DNA of 64,000 bases, taken from Cenarchaeum sp. GTDB taxonomy: Archaea > Thermoproteota > Nitrososphaeria > Nitrososphaerales > Nitrosopumilaceae. The position numbers and the translations under genes are program-made. Positions 1 through 9,279 of the stretch are shown here, in pieces; position 1 is the stretch's first letter, and the number at the start of each line of letters is the position of its first letter. The notes under the pieces were generated by a model. The model saw nothing but the letters and a program-made list of their open reading frames with translations, was not told the origin of the DNA and ran no database searches. The stretch is from contig CBDESU010000001.1 in NCBI GenBank assembly GCA_965242695.1, positions 1,728,001 through 1,792,000 of the forward strand, in the 5' to 3' direction.

Positions 1-255
1 CCTCATCATCGACTCTAGGCACCGCCTCTGCCAGTCGACGTACTCGGCGTGCGGCATCGAGTCGCCGTGCCCGTCGTACCCGTCGACTAGCGCCGCCTGC
101 GGCCACTTGCCGCGGTTGCGGCACCTCAGCCCGTTGCCGGTAGAGTTCTTTATGTTGTACGGAGGCGACGTGACCACCAAGTCGACGCACCCGGCCGGCA
201 GCCTGCCCATGAGGTCGATGCAGTCGCCTGCCTTCACCCTGTTCAGGACGCCCAT
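1..255 (-). CDS. Site-specific DNA methyltransferase (N4-C/N6-A, beta-class-like), N-terminal part; runs off the window edge
   Basis: Not in ORF track. Manual translation from ATG at 255: MGVLNRVKAGDCIDLMGRLPAGCVDLVVTSPPYNIK..., with the GDC..L..L...VDLVVTSPPY catalytic motif IV. Confidence 0.85.
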   Translation of the reverse strand, partial: MGVLNRVKAGDCIDLMGRLPAGCVDLVVTSPPYNIKNSTGNGLRCRNRGKWPQAALVDGYDGHGDSMPHAEYVDWQRRCLESMMR

Positions 256-268
256 GTCCCCTAGGCGG

Positions 269-376
269 GACGCCCCTACTGCCATGCGCGCCGCCCCGCT
301 TCCGCCCCGACGGCCGGTTTGCCCTCGCGTTCGGCGAGTCGACGCCCCTACTGCCATGCGCGCCGCCCCGCTTCCG
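269..376. repeat. Two identical 36-bp direct repeats (269-304, 341-376) with a 36-bp unique spacer
   Basis: gacgcccctactgccatgcgcgccgccccgcttccg occurs twice. Confidence 0.9.
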
Positions 377-730
377 AAGCTGGCCGGCGCGCGGGGCCGA
401 TGCGGCCCGCATTCCGCCAGAACCCTGGGATCGATCCGCCCGGCGGGGCGCGCCCCTGCCCGAACGCGCGCTGCGCGCGGCCTCTGCCCCGCGCGCCGCC
501 CCGCATCGCCCGCATGCCGCCGCCCGCGCATGTTCGGTTATAATGCATGCCGAATTGCGGCGAGGGGCCCCCTGCCCCAACGCGCCGCGGCAGGGCGCGG
601 CCCGCAGCCCGCGGCTCATTCCCCGCAGCGGCGGGCAGGGCCGGTTCCCGGCCGCCGCATGCCCGCGTTCGGCCGCGCGGCGCGCCACCCATGGTGCCAT
701 TAAATAGAGGCGCGAGGCCGCCGACGTATC

Positions 731-1660
731 GTGGAAGTCGGGGACTATGCGCGGGCCGGCGCGATAGCGGCCAGGGTGCGCGAGGACGTCCGCTCCAGGG
801 AATGGGCCGGCAGGACCGCCCTCGAGGTGTGCGAGTACGCAGAGTCCGAGATACGCCGCCTCGGCGCAAGGTGCGCGTTTCCGGTCAACGTGAGCATCAA
901 CGAGGTCGCCGCCCACTACACGGCCGAGCCCGGCGACGAGCTGGCCATAGGGGGGTCCGACACCGTAAAGATAGACCTCGGCGCGCAGATCAACGGCCAC
1001 ATTGCAGACACGGCCGTCACCGTAAACTACGACCCCGCGTACGACGGGATGGTCGCCGCGGCCGAAGAGGCCCTCGAGGCGGCCATGTCGGCCGCAAGGG
1101 CCGGCGCAAGGGCCGGCGACCTGGGCAGGGCCATCGAGACGACCGTCAGGGACAGGGGATACCGCCCCATATCGAACCTGAGCGGCCACTCGCTCGACAC
1201 GTACACCATACACGCGGGGCGGTCGATACCCAACCTCAGGCCGCAGTGGCCGGCCAAGACGTTTTCGCTCTCGGCATCGGATGCGTACGCCTGCGAGCCG
1301 TTCGTGACGACGCAGGACGGCGCCGGAATAGTCCGCGAGGGCAAGGCGAAAAACATCTACGCGATCATCGGCCGTCGCAACACAAAGGATGCAGAGGCGG
1401 ACCGCATGCTGTCGTACATATGGGACAGCTTCAACATGCTGCCGTTCGCGCTGCGGTGGCTCGTCGGTGAGTGGGAAGAGGCCGAGGCGAGGAGGCTCCT
1501 CGGCGTGCTCGTCTCCAAAAAGGCCGTAAAGGCGTACCCCGTTTTGGTCGAGGTCGCCGGCGAGCGCGTCGCGCAGGCCGAGCACACGTTCATACCAGGC
1601 GAGGACGGGCCCACCGTGACGACGGCGGCGTCCGCGGCCGGCGCCGCGGCGGCCGGATAG
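731..1660 (+). CDS. map: Methionine aminopeptidase type II
   Basis: AFPVNVSINEVAAHYT, KIDLGAQINGHIADTA, NLSGHSL, EPF, AQAEHT motifs; TATA-like attaaata ~25 nt upstream. Confidence 0.95.
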   Translation: MEVGDYARAGAIAARVREDVRSREWAGRTALEVCEYAESEIRRLGARCAFPVNVSINEVAAHYTAEPGDELAIGGSDTVKIDLGAQINGHIADTAVTVNYDPAYDGMVAAAEEALEAAMSAARAGARAGDLGRAIETTVRDRGYRPISNLSGHSLDTYTIHAGRSIPNLRPQWPAKTFSLSASDAYACEPFVTTQDGAGIVREGKAKNIYAIIGRRNTKDAEADRMLSYIWDSFNMLPFALRWLVGEWEEAEARRLLGVLVSKKAVKAYPVLVEVAGERVAQAEHTFIPGEDGPTVTTAASAAGAAAAG

Positions 1661-1670
1661 CTGCCGCGGG

Positions 1671-1877
1671 CTATTCCTTGCGCGGGGCCCCGCCCGGCGC
1701 CTCGCCGAATATGCGGTCTATCGAAGAGCCGGCGCCGCAGCCGCCGCACCTGCCGGCCTCGGCGAACAGGACGTCGCCTGCCCGAAACGGCCTCTTTTTC
1801 TCGGCGCCGCAGCCGCCGCACCTCTCGACCGTGAACGCCTCCGCCTCGTCGCCCTTTTCGCCTGCGAACGGGAACAC
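1671..1877 (-). CDS. Small Zn-ribbon hypothetical protein
   Basis: GTG start overlapping the DUF1512 stop; two CGGC pairs (ERCGGCG...GRCGGCG). Confidence 0.65.
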   Translation of the reverse strand: MFPFAGEKGDEAEAFTVERCGGCGAEKKRPFRAGDVLFAEAGRCGGCGAGSSIDRIFGEAPGGAPRKE

Positions 1878-3067
1878 TACTGCGGCACCCCCGACGTGTT
1901 GCCGACCCCGACGATCAGGACCGCCTGCCCCTCGTCCGTGTTGTCGGCGACCATCCGCCGCACGCGCGAGCGCACGTCGGCCGCAGACTCGGCGATCTCG
2001 CGCGTCATGAGGCCGACGGCATCCTTGACCGACTGCTTTACGACGACGGCAAGGACGGGCACGCCCCGGGCCGCGGCGGCCTCTTCTATGCGGAACCGCT
2101 CGGTCCCGATGCCGCCGATGGCCGCGCCAAACCCCTGCGCTATGCTCGCCGACTCCTCTCCCTCCATCTTGAGGGCCGCATCGACCATTATGATCAAGTC
2201 GATCTTGGCGCCCGACGAGAGGATGGCCTCGACGCCCTCGCCCGGCCTGCCGACCGTCGAGTCGGGCCCCCGCGCCTTGATCAGGTGCGCGGCGCGCCCG
2301 TCGATCGCCCCCTCGGCGGCGACCGTCTGGAACGCCACCTCCCGCTTCTCGAGGCCTGCCATCATCGAGCCGACGACCATCGGCCCGATGCCGTCTCCGA
2401 CCGGCTGGCCGGCCTTGAAGGCAGGAACTGCCCCCCTCATGGCGGCGGCCTGCTCCATTACGAACGGCAGGGCCATCTGCAGCGGCAGTATGAGCGGAAA
2501 GTTCTTTTGCTTCTTGGCCGTGAGGTACATGTGGTTGACGGTGCGGTGCAGTAGGCGCAGGACGGTGGCTATCTCTAGCAGCGTCTGGACGCGCGACAGC
2601 TCGCCGTCGCCGATGCCGGGGCACAGCAGCTTTACGTGCCTGCGCGTGTAATCCTCGCGCGATCGCACCACCTGCTCTATCTTTGGGACTATACCCGAGG
2701 GATCCATGTCGGCCGGCATTATCGTAAAGTAGTCTAGCAGCGTGTCTATTTGGCCGGCAAGCCCGTCAGCCGAGCCGCCGCAGGATCCCGCATCCGGCCC
2801 GCTCCCGGCGCCGCCGCCCCGGCCCCCGACGGCTGCCCCGCCGATCACCCTGCGGACGTACGCCACGAGCTCGTCGCGCGACTCCGAGCCGTAGGCGTCG
2901 AGGCGCTTTATCCCCTTTCGTATCTCGCCGGACGTGACCATCAGCTGTATGCGCTGCCCGTAAAAGACGAACAGTATGATCGGCAGTATCCACACGAGCA
3001 TCATCAGCGGGTTCGAGTCGTCGCCCATGCCGAGCAGCTCGTCGATGTCGAAGCTGAGCAGGTCCAC
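1877..3067 (-). CDS. DUF1512 family protein
   Basis: N-terminal TM helix; DPSGIVPKIE, PVGDGIGP, VDAALKMEGE, GAAIGGIG, GVGNT motifs. Confidence 0.85.
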   Translation of the reverse strand: MDLLSFDIDELLGMGDDSNPLMMLVWILPIILFVFYGQRIQLMVTSGEIRKGIKRLDAYGSESRDELVAYVRRVIGGAAVGGRGGGAGSGPDAGSCGGSADGLAGQIDTLLDYFTIMPADMDPSGIVPKIEQVVRSREDYTRRHVKLLCPGIGDGELSRVQTLLEIATVLRLLHRTVNHMYLTAKKQKNFPLILPLQMALPFVMEQAAAMRGAVPAFKAGQPVGDGIGPMVVGSMMAGLEKREVAFQTVAAEGAIDGRAAHLIKARGPDSTVGRPGEGVEAILSSGAKIDLIIMVDAALKMEGEESASIAQGFGAAIGGIGTERFRIEEAAAARGVPVLAVVVKQSVKDAVGLMTREIAESAADVRSRVRRMVADNTDEGQAVLIVGVGNTSGVPQ

Positions 3068-3354
3068 GCCGCCCCGTTGCAGGGGGCGGATTTAACCCTT
3101 CGATCGGCAGGGTGGTGGGGGGGAGGAGTGCGATGCCGCGCGGGTGCCGCCGGCTCGTCGGGCCTGGCCGATCCAAGGCCGGGAGGCGGCGCGGTGCGGG
3201 CGGCGTTGCGGCGGGGTGCCAACGCCGCAGGAAGAGCGCGCAAGGGCGGCGATCGCCCGGTGGCGGGTGCCAGAAGAGGGCGGCGCGGGCGGGAGGGTGT
3301 CGATGTGGTGCGGCGGGCGGATGGCAGGCGCAGGGCGCCGCGCCCGACAGGACT

Positions 3355-3562
3355 CGCGTGGAGGGGGTGCACGGCAGTACGGTACAGCGCAGCCCGAACC
3401 TGCCGCCGTGCCCGACAGGATCCGCGCGGAGGGGAGTGCATGGCAGTACGGTACAGCGCAGCCCGAACCTGCCGCCGTGCCCGACAGGATCCGCGTGGAG
3501 GGGGTGCACGGCAGTACGGTACAGCGCAGCCCGAACCTGCCGCCGTGCCCGACAGGATCCGC
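3355..3562. repeat. Tandem repeat, 3 x 68-69 bp, intergenic
   Basis: Unit cgcgtggagggggtgcacggcagtacggtacagcgcagcccgaacctgccgccgtgcccgacaggatc starts at 3355, 3423, 3492. Confidence 0.95.
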
Positions 3563-3835
3563 CTAGCTGGAGGGAGGTCGGCGGACGGCACTCGGGCTGG
3601 CGCGGGGCGGGCTGACGGCCCCCACCCCACCCCACCCCACCCCCCCCCCCACTCTCCCTAGTGCGGGACGCTCCTAGGCGGCCCTGCCGCCGCCCGCGCA
3701 TGGTAGGCGGGCCCGCCCGCCCGCAGCCGCCGCCGCCGCCGCGCCGCGCTAGCGGGGCGTGCAGGGCCAAGAGCAGGTCAAACGCGGCGCTTATATTGCG
3801 AGTCCTTTTATATGGTTTAATAGGCGCGCGGCCGG

Positions 3836-4396
3836 TTGCCCCAAACCAAGCCAATCGTGAGCGTCGAGAACGTTGTAGCGTCCGCCTCTGTAGACCAAAA
3901 GATGGACCTCAACGAGATCACCCGCACGTTCCCGGACGTAGAGTACCACCCCGACCAGTTCCCGGGCCTCGTCTTCAGGCTAAAGGTGCCAAAGACGGCC
4001 ACGCTCATCTTCACGTCGGGCAAGATGGTCTGCACGGGCTCAAAGTCCGAGGAGATGGCGCACAGGGCCGTCAAGACGGTGGTACAAAAGCTCCGCAAGG
4101 GCGGCATCAAGATCAAGAAGGACGCCGTCGTCGAGGTGCAGAACATCGTCGCCTCGATAAACCTAGGCGGCCGCATACACCTAGAGCAGGCGGCCAGGAC
4201 GCTGCCTAGGAGCATGTACGAGCCAGAGCAGTTCCCCGGCCTCATACACCGCATGGTGGACCCAAAGACGGTCATACTGCTGTTCTCGTCGGGCAAGCTC
4301 GTCTGCACGGGCGCCAAGAAGGAAAAGGACGTGTACAGGTCGGTCAACCAGCTCCACGCCCTGCTAGAGGAAAAGGACCTGATGATCTACAGCTAG
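3836..4396 (+). CDS. tbp: TATA-box binding protein
   Basis: Two TBP repeats (ENVVAS...YHPDQFPGLVFR; QNIVAS...YEPEQFPGLIHR); tttatat box ~25 nt upstream. Confidence 0.98.
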   Translation: MPQTKPIVSVENVVASASVDQKMDLNEITRTFPDVEYHPDQFPGLVFRLKVPKTATLIFTSGKMVCTGSKSEEMAHRAVKTVVQKLRKGGIKIKKDAVVEVQNIVASINLGGRIHLEQAARTLPRSMYEPEQFPGLIHRMVDPKTVILLFSSGKLVCTGAKKEKDVYRSVNQLHALLEEKDLMIYS

Positions 4397-4414
4397 GGCG
4401 GCGCGCCCCCGCGC

Positions 4415-4658
4415 GGGCCGCCTAGCGCACAGGGCTGCCAGGCGGGGCCGCCTAGCGCACAGGGCTGCCAGGCGGGGCCGCCTAGCGCACAGGGCTGCCA
4501 GGCGGGGCCGCCTAGCGCACAGGGCTGCCAGGCGGGGCCGCCTAGCGCACAGGGCTGCCAGGCGGGGCCGCCTAGCGCACAGGGCTGCCAGGCGGGGCCG
4601 CCTAGCGCACAGGGCTGCCAGGCGGGGCCGCCTAGCGCACAGGGCTGCCAGGCGGGGC
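4415..4658. repeat. Perfect tandem repeat, 8 x 30 bp, made of the last codons and stop of the tRNA-binding protein gene
   Basis: cctagcgcacagggctgccaggcggggccg at 4421, 4451 ... 4631; the last copy holds the gene stop (4632-4634). Confidence 0.97.
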
Positions 4659-5009
4659 AGGCTCCGCCCCGCCGCCCGGCGGGGATGCGGCCAGCCAGTG
4701 GGGCACGCCGTCCACGTCGGCCGCTAGCAACATCGCCCTCGACTCGACGCCGGCAAGCCGGCGGGGCTCGAGGTTGGCCACCACTACTACCGACCGGCCG
4801 GCCAGGTCGCCGGCCGCATAGTGCTCGGCTCCGCCGATTATGACGTCCCGCACGTCGCCGCCGCCCAGGTCGGCGCGCCCCCTCACTATCCGCGTCTTGC
4901 CAGGTATCGGCTCGACCGAGACGATGCGGGCCACCCTCATGTCGAGCCTTGCAAAGTCGTCGTACGAGACGATCGGCTTGGCCGCGTCTGCCTCCTCCTG
5001 CCCTGACAC
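4632..5009 (-). CDS. tRNA-binding OB-fold protein (CsaA/Trbp111/MetRS C-terminal-like)
   Basis: YDDFARLDMRVARIV...VVVANLEPRRLAGVESRAMLLAA. Confidence 0.9.
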   Translation of the reverse strand: MSGQEEADAAKPIVSYDDFARLDMRVARIVSVEPIPGKTRIVRGRADLGGGDVRDVIIGGAEHYAAGDLAGRSVVVVANLEPRRLAGVESRAMLLAADVDGVPHWLAASPPGGGAEPAPPGSPVR

Positions 5010-5215
5010 GGGGGCGCGGCCGCACGGCCCACGTTAAAGTGTCGCGCACGGGCATCCGGCGCGCGGCCGGCGGCGCCCAAAGCGAAAAGTGGCTGCAAGG
5101 GAAGAGTGGCAGGATGCCCGGGGTGGGAGTTAGGACCCCATTAGCAGGCTGCCCCTTGCAACCGCAGGGGCGCGCGTGCAATCCCATATATTCAATGCGG
5201 CCGCCGCCCGCCCGC

Positions 5216-5692
5216 ATGGTGTCCGTGCGGGCCGAGGCGCGCATACGGGCCCCGCCCGAGGAGGTATGGGCGATAGTATCCGACCTTGACGGGGAGCCGA
5301 GGTACTGGAGGGGGACAAGGTCCGTCAGGAACGTCTCCGAGTCCGGCGGCGTCGTGACGAGGGAGATCACCATCGCGTTCCGCGGCAAAAAGTGCATGCA
5401 GGAGGTGACCGTCGTCCCCATGGAGCGCATCGAGGCAGTCTTTACCGAGGGCGTCATGCGGGGGACAAAGGTCCTGAGCATGCGCGCCGAGGAGTGGCAG
5501 GGCGGCGGAGTCACGGTGCTAGAGGCCGCGTGGGACGTCGGGCTTGCCGGCATGATGGGCATGTTCGACGGCGCCGTCGGCAGGCACATCAGGGGCGGCA
5601 CCGAGCAGGCCCTGGCGGCAATAAAGGAAGAGGCCGAGCGGCGGGCAAGGGCGGGCAAGGGCGGGCCGAGTGCGGAGGTCGCAGGCGGCTGA
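5216..5692 (+). CDS. SRPBCC/polyketide cyclase family protein
   Basis: IRAPPEEVWAIVSDLDGEPRYW motif. Confidence 0.85.
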   Translation: MVSVRAEARIRAPPEEVWAIVSDLDGEPRYWRGTRSVRNVSESGGVVTREITIAFRGKKCMQEVTVVPMERIEAVFTEGVMRGTKVLSMRAEEWQGGGVTVLEAAWDVGLAGMMGMFDGAVGRHIRGGTEQALAAIKEEAERRARAGKGGPSAEVAGG

Positions 5693-5735
5693 TGGCCGCG
5701 GGCGGCGCCAGTGGCGGCGCGGGGGTGCGGGCGGC

Positions 5736-7007
5736 ATGCTGACGGCGCTTGATGCGATCGTGTACTTTCTGGCCGCGGCCATGGCCGGCGTGGCAGGCGT
5801 CTGGGTGTGGCTCTTGTGGTCCATGGTAGAGTCCCACAGGAAGACGCCGCGCCTCGGGCGCATCGCCGGCGCGCCCGCCCCCGGGGGCGAGGGGGAGGGG
5901 GCGGGGGGCGGGGGCGATGCGCCCCTCCCCAGGGTGTCGGTCATACTGCCGGCGCGCAACGAGGAAGGCTACATCGGCAGGTGCCTCGACTCGCTGTCTA
6001 CCCAAGAGTACCCGGACTTCGAGGTCGTCGCCGTCGACGACTCGTCGGACGATGCGACGGGGCGAATCATAGCGGGCAGGGCGGCGGCCGACCCGCGCAT
6101 AGTGCACGTAAGCGCAAGGCCCAAGCCGGACGGGTGGATGGGCAAGAACTGGGCGTGCATGGAGGGGTACGCGAGGGCGTCGGGCGAGCTGCTGCTGTTC
6201 ACCGACTCGGACACCGTCCACTCGCCGCGCGCGATGCCGCTTGCCGTGTCGGCCCTGCTCGGCGGCGGCCTGGATGCGGTCACCGTCATTCCGCGCCTCG
6301 TGTGCAGGGACGCCTGGACGCGCGCAACGCTCCCCGTGATCTCTACGTTCCTGCACACGAGGTTCTCGGCCCTGCGCGTAAACGACCCGTCAAAGAAGAC
6401 GGGGTACTTTTTCGGCAGCTTTTTCATGATGAGGAGGAGGGCGTACGAGGCGGCCGGAACGCACGAGGGCGTGCGCGGCGAGATCATAGAGGACGGCGCG
6501 CTGGGAAGAAAGGTCAAGGAGTCTGGGATGCCGATGCTCATGGCGCTCGGCGACGACCTGGTCGACGCCGTCTGGGCCCGCGACCGCGGGACGCTCTGGG
6601 ACGGCCTCAAGAGGCTCATGGTCCCGCTGTACCTGCAGGACAGGCGGTCGGCATTCGGCGTCATGGCCGCCGTCGCCGCCCTGCTGCTGCTGCCGTTCGC
6701 GCTGCTCGGCGCCTCGGGCGTGGCCCTGGCGTGGGGGTGGGAGGAGGAAGGCGGCGGCGCGGCCCTGCAGGCACTGCTCGCCCTGTCGCTTGCCGCATCC
6801 TGCCTGGTGCATGCGGGCGCGGCCGTAGAGTCTGTCGTGCTGCGCGTAGGGCTGCGGTACGCGGCGCTGTGCGCCGCGGGGTGCGCCGCTGTCGTGCTCG
6901 GATTCCAGGCGGGGCTGATCAAGGCAAGGAGCGACGGCGCGGTCGTCTGGCGCGGAAGAAGGTACTCTGCGTCGGACCACGCCGCGTCCGACTCGATAAG
7001 GGTGTAG
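5736..7007 (+). CDS. Glycosyltransferase family 2, membrane-bound
   Basis: VSVILPARNEE, VDDSSDDAT, GWMGKNWAC, FTDSD, IIEDGALG, WRGRRY. Confidence 0.92.
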   Translation: MLTALDAIVYFLAAAMAGVAGVWVWLLWSMVESHRKTPRLGRIAGAPAPGGEGEGAGGGGDAPLPRVSVILPARNEEGYIGRCLDSLSTQEYPDFEVVAVDDSSDDATGRIIAGRAAADPRIVHVSARPKPDGWMGKNWACMEGYARASGELLLFTDSDTVHSPRAMPLAVSALLGGGLDAVTVIPRLVCRDAWTRATLPVISTFLHTRFSALRVNDPSKKTGYFFGSFFMMRRRAYEAAGTHEGVRGEIIEDGALGRKVKESGMPMLMALGDDLVDAVWARDRGTLWDGLKRLMVPLYLQDRRSAFGVMAAVAALLLLPFALLGASGVALAWGWEEEGGGAALQALLALSLAASCLVHAGAAVESVVLRVGLRYAALCAAGCAAVVLGFQAGLIKARSDGAVVWRGRRYSASDHAASDSIRV

Positions 7008-7175
7008 CCGCGGGGGCCAGCCGCAGATTGAAGGAAGGCGCCCGCCCTCCCCTCGCCCCGGCCCGCCCCGGCCCTCCGAGCGCGGCGCATGCGCCTGCGG
7101 CGATTGCCAACTTGGACGAGCGCCAGCGGCGGGGGCGCGGAAAAGGCATTATTACCCCAGGCGGTCGGCAATTGC

Positions 7176-8474
7176 GTGGAAAAGTCCATCGGCATTGCCG
7201 GAGGGGCCCTTGCAGCGGCGGCCATTCTCATAGCGGTGTCCCTTGCGCTCGCCCCGCCCGCCGGAGTCGACGCGCAGGGCGGCATGCCGGCGGCGGCAAC
7301 AGAGCCCGCCCCTGGTTCGACGCAGGGCCCTGCCGCCGCGCCGGTGGATGCGGTCCAGGGCCACGCGGCCGGGGCCGGAACAGAGGCGCTCAAGGCGGGG
7401 GCCGCAGCCTACGCCAGCGGCTCTGGCGCCGGCGGCATAAACGGCGCGCTGCCGCTCACCGAGATATTCGAGATGGTCGAGGAGGGGACGGTCCGCGTAG
7501 AGGTCCGCCGCCCGCCGTCCGTGACGACCCCCGTCAGCGGCGTCGGCTCGGGCATCGTCTTCGACCAGAGGGGCAACATAGTCACCAACGCGCACGTCGT
7601 CGACGATGCAGACCGCATCATCGTGACCTTCCTTGACGGGCGCTCGTACAACGCAGAGGTCGTCGGGGCCGACCCGTTCACCGACATCGCGGTGATCAGG
7701 GCCGACAGGGCGGCGGCCGACGGCGAGGCCAAGAGCCGTCTCTACCCGCTGAGGCTCGGCGACTCGGCAAACCTGAGGGTCGGCGAGCAGATCGCGGCCA
7801 TCGGCAACCCGTTCGGGCTGTCCGGCTCGATGACGTCGGGGATTGTCAGCCAGCTCGGCAGGCTCCTGCCGGCGCACGGCGCCTTCCAGATACCCGACAT
7901 AATACAGACCGACGCGGCGATCAACCCCGGCAACTCGGGAGGCCCCCTCCTGAACATGCGAGGCGAGGTCGTCGGGATAAACACTGCGATACGGTCGCAG
8001 ACGGGCGAGTTCACGGGGGTCGGCTTTGCCGTCCCGTCGCAGACGGTCGCAAAGATCGTCCCCGTCCTGATACGCGACGGCGGGTACAGGCACCCGTGGA
8101 TAGGCGTGTCGGGGATGGACATCGACCCCGACACGGCCGACGCCCTCGGCCTAGAGGACACGCGCGGGTTCATGGTGATGACCGTCGTCGAGGACAGCCC
8201 GGCCGACAGGGCAGGGATGCAGGGATCGTCAGGGACGGTCGTCGTCGCCGGGCCCGGGGGCGAAGAGGAGGAGCGTCCCGCCGGAGGCGACATTATTGTC
8301 GGCGTCGACGGGATCGAGGTGCGGCGGATCAGCGACATACTCATACACCTGCAGAGGGCAAAGACGGTCGGCGACGACCTGGTCTTGGACATACTCCGCG
8401 ACGGAAGGTCGACGTCGCTCGTCGTCGTACTCGGCGAGCGGCCGGCATCCATCGTGCAGGCGGTTCCCGAGTAG
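7176..8474 (+). CDS. htrA: HtrA/DegP-like trypsin serine protease with PDZ domain
   Basis: Signal peptide; TNAHVV, DIAV, DAAINPGNSGGPL; C-terminal PDZ. Confidence 0.93.
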   Translation: MEKSIGIAGGALAAAAILIAVSLALAPPAGVDAQGGMPAAATEPAPGSTQGPAAAPVDAVQGHAAGAGTEALKAGAAAYASGSGAGGINGALPLTEIFEMVEEGTVRVEVRRPPSVTTPVSGVGSGIVFDQRGNIVTNAHVVDDADRIIVTFLDGRSYNAEVVGADPFTDIAVIRADRAAADGEAKSRLYPLRLGDSANLRVGEQIAAIGNPFGLSGSMTSGIVSQLGRLLPAHGAFQIPDIIQTDAAINPGNSGGPLLNMRGEVVGINTAIRSQTGEFTGVGFAVPSQTVAKIVPVLIRDGGYRHPWIGVSGMDIDPDTADALGLEDTRGFMVMTVVEDSPADRAGMQGSSGTVVVAGPGGEEEERPAGGDIIVGVDGIEVRRISDILIHLQRAKTVGDDLVLDILRDGRSTSLVVVLGERPASIVQAVPE

Positions 8475-8592
8475 GCAGCGAAGGGCCGGCGGGCGGTGCA
8501 GGATCGGCAGCGTGCCGATCCGGGCCGCAGGGGGACTGAGGCGAGGCGGCAAGATATGCCAGGTGCCGTCATGTGCGATGGAGAGGGCCGGT

Positions 8593-9166
8593 CGGACTTT
8601 ACGGACTTTTTTCGGTCGGGGCAGATTTTGGCCGGTCGGGGCGCCGGAGGGGGGGCAGTACAGTGCGGCAGTGGACCAGGGGCGACCCCTACGGACTTTA
8701 CGGACTTTTTTCGGTCGGGGCAGATTTTGGCCGGTCGGGGCGCCGGAGGGGGCTGCGCTAGGCGTGGATCTGGGGCGCCGGAGGGGGCCGGTCGGACTTT
8801 ACGGACTTTTTTCGGTCGGGGCAGATTTTGGCCGGTCGGGGCGCCGGAGGGGGGGGGGCAGTACAGGGCGGCAGTGGACCAGGGGCGACCCCTACGGACT
8901 TTACGGACTTTTTTCGGTCGGGGCAGATTTTGGCCGGTCGGGGCGCCGGAGGGGGCTGCGCTAGGCGTGGATCTGGGGCGCCGGAGGGGGCCGGTCGGAC
9001 TTTACGGACTTTTTTCGGTCGGGGCAGATTTTGGCCGGTCGGGGCGCCGGAGGGGGCTGCGCTAGGCGTGGATCTGGGGCGCCGGAGGGGGCCGGTCGGA
9101 CTTTACGGACTTTTTTCGGTCGGGGCAGATTTTGGCCGGTCGGGGAGGATTTTGGCCGGTCGGGGA
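8593..9166. repeat. Higher-order array: 61-bp core x6 (last copy truncated), separated by two alternating ~40-bp linkers (A,B,A,B,B)
   Basis: Core cggactttacggacttttttcggtcggggcagattttggccggtcggggcgccggaggggg at 8593, 8692, 8793, 8895, 8996, 9097. Confidence 0.95.
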
Positions 9167-9279
9167 GGGAACGGGGCAGAGTGTACAGATGCACCGGGTA
9201 CGGGTGAAAACCAAAGCTAGGTATGCGCCTCGGATCAGACACCCGGGTCGCCAACAAGTTTGGCAGGGTCAACTTGTAC

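Noticed and set aside
4415-4634. Amber read-through or pyrrolysine use suggested by in-frame TAG repeats (and the TAG at 60104)
   Set aside because: TAG is the ordinary stop for most genes here and no pyl genes are seen; 60104 is explained by a CAG-to-TAG mutation
4393-5658. ORF with (GGPAWQPCAL)n repeats
   Set aside because: Alternative frame of the 30-bp tandem, overlapping two real genes
8593-9166. Array as a CRISPR locus
   Set aside because: The 61-bp repeat is too long, only two recurring spacers are present, and there are no cas genes
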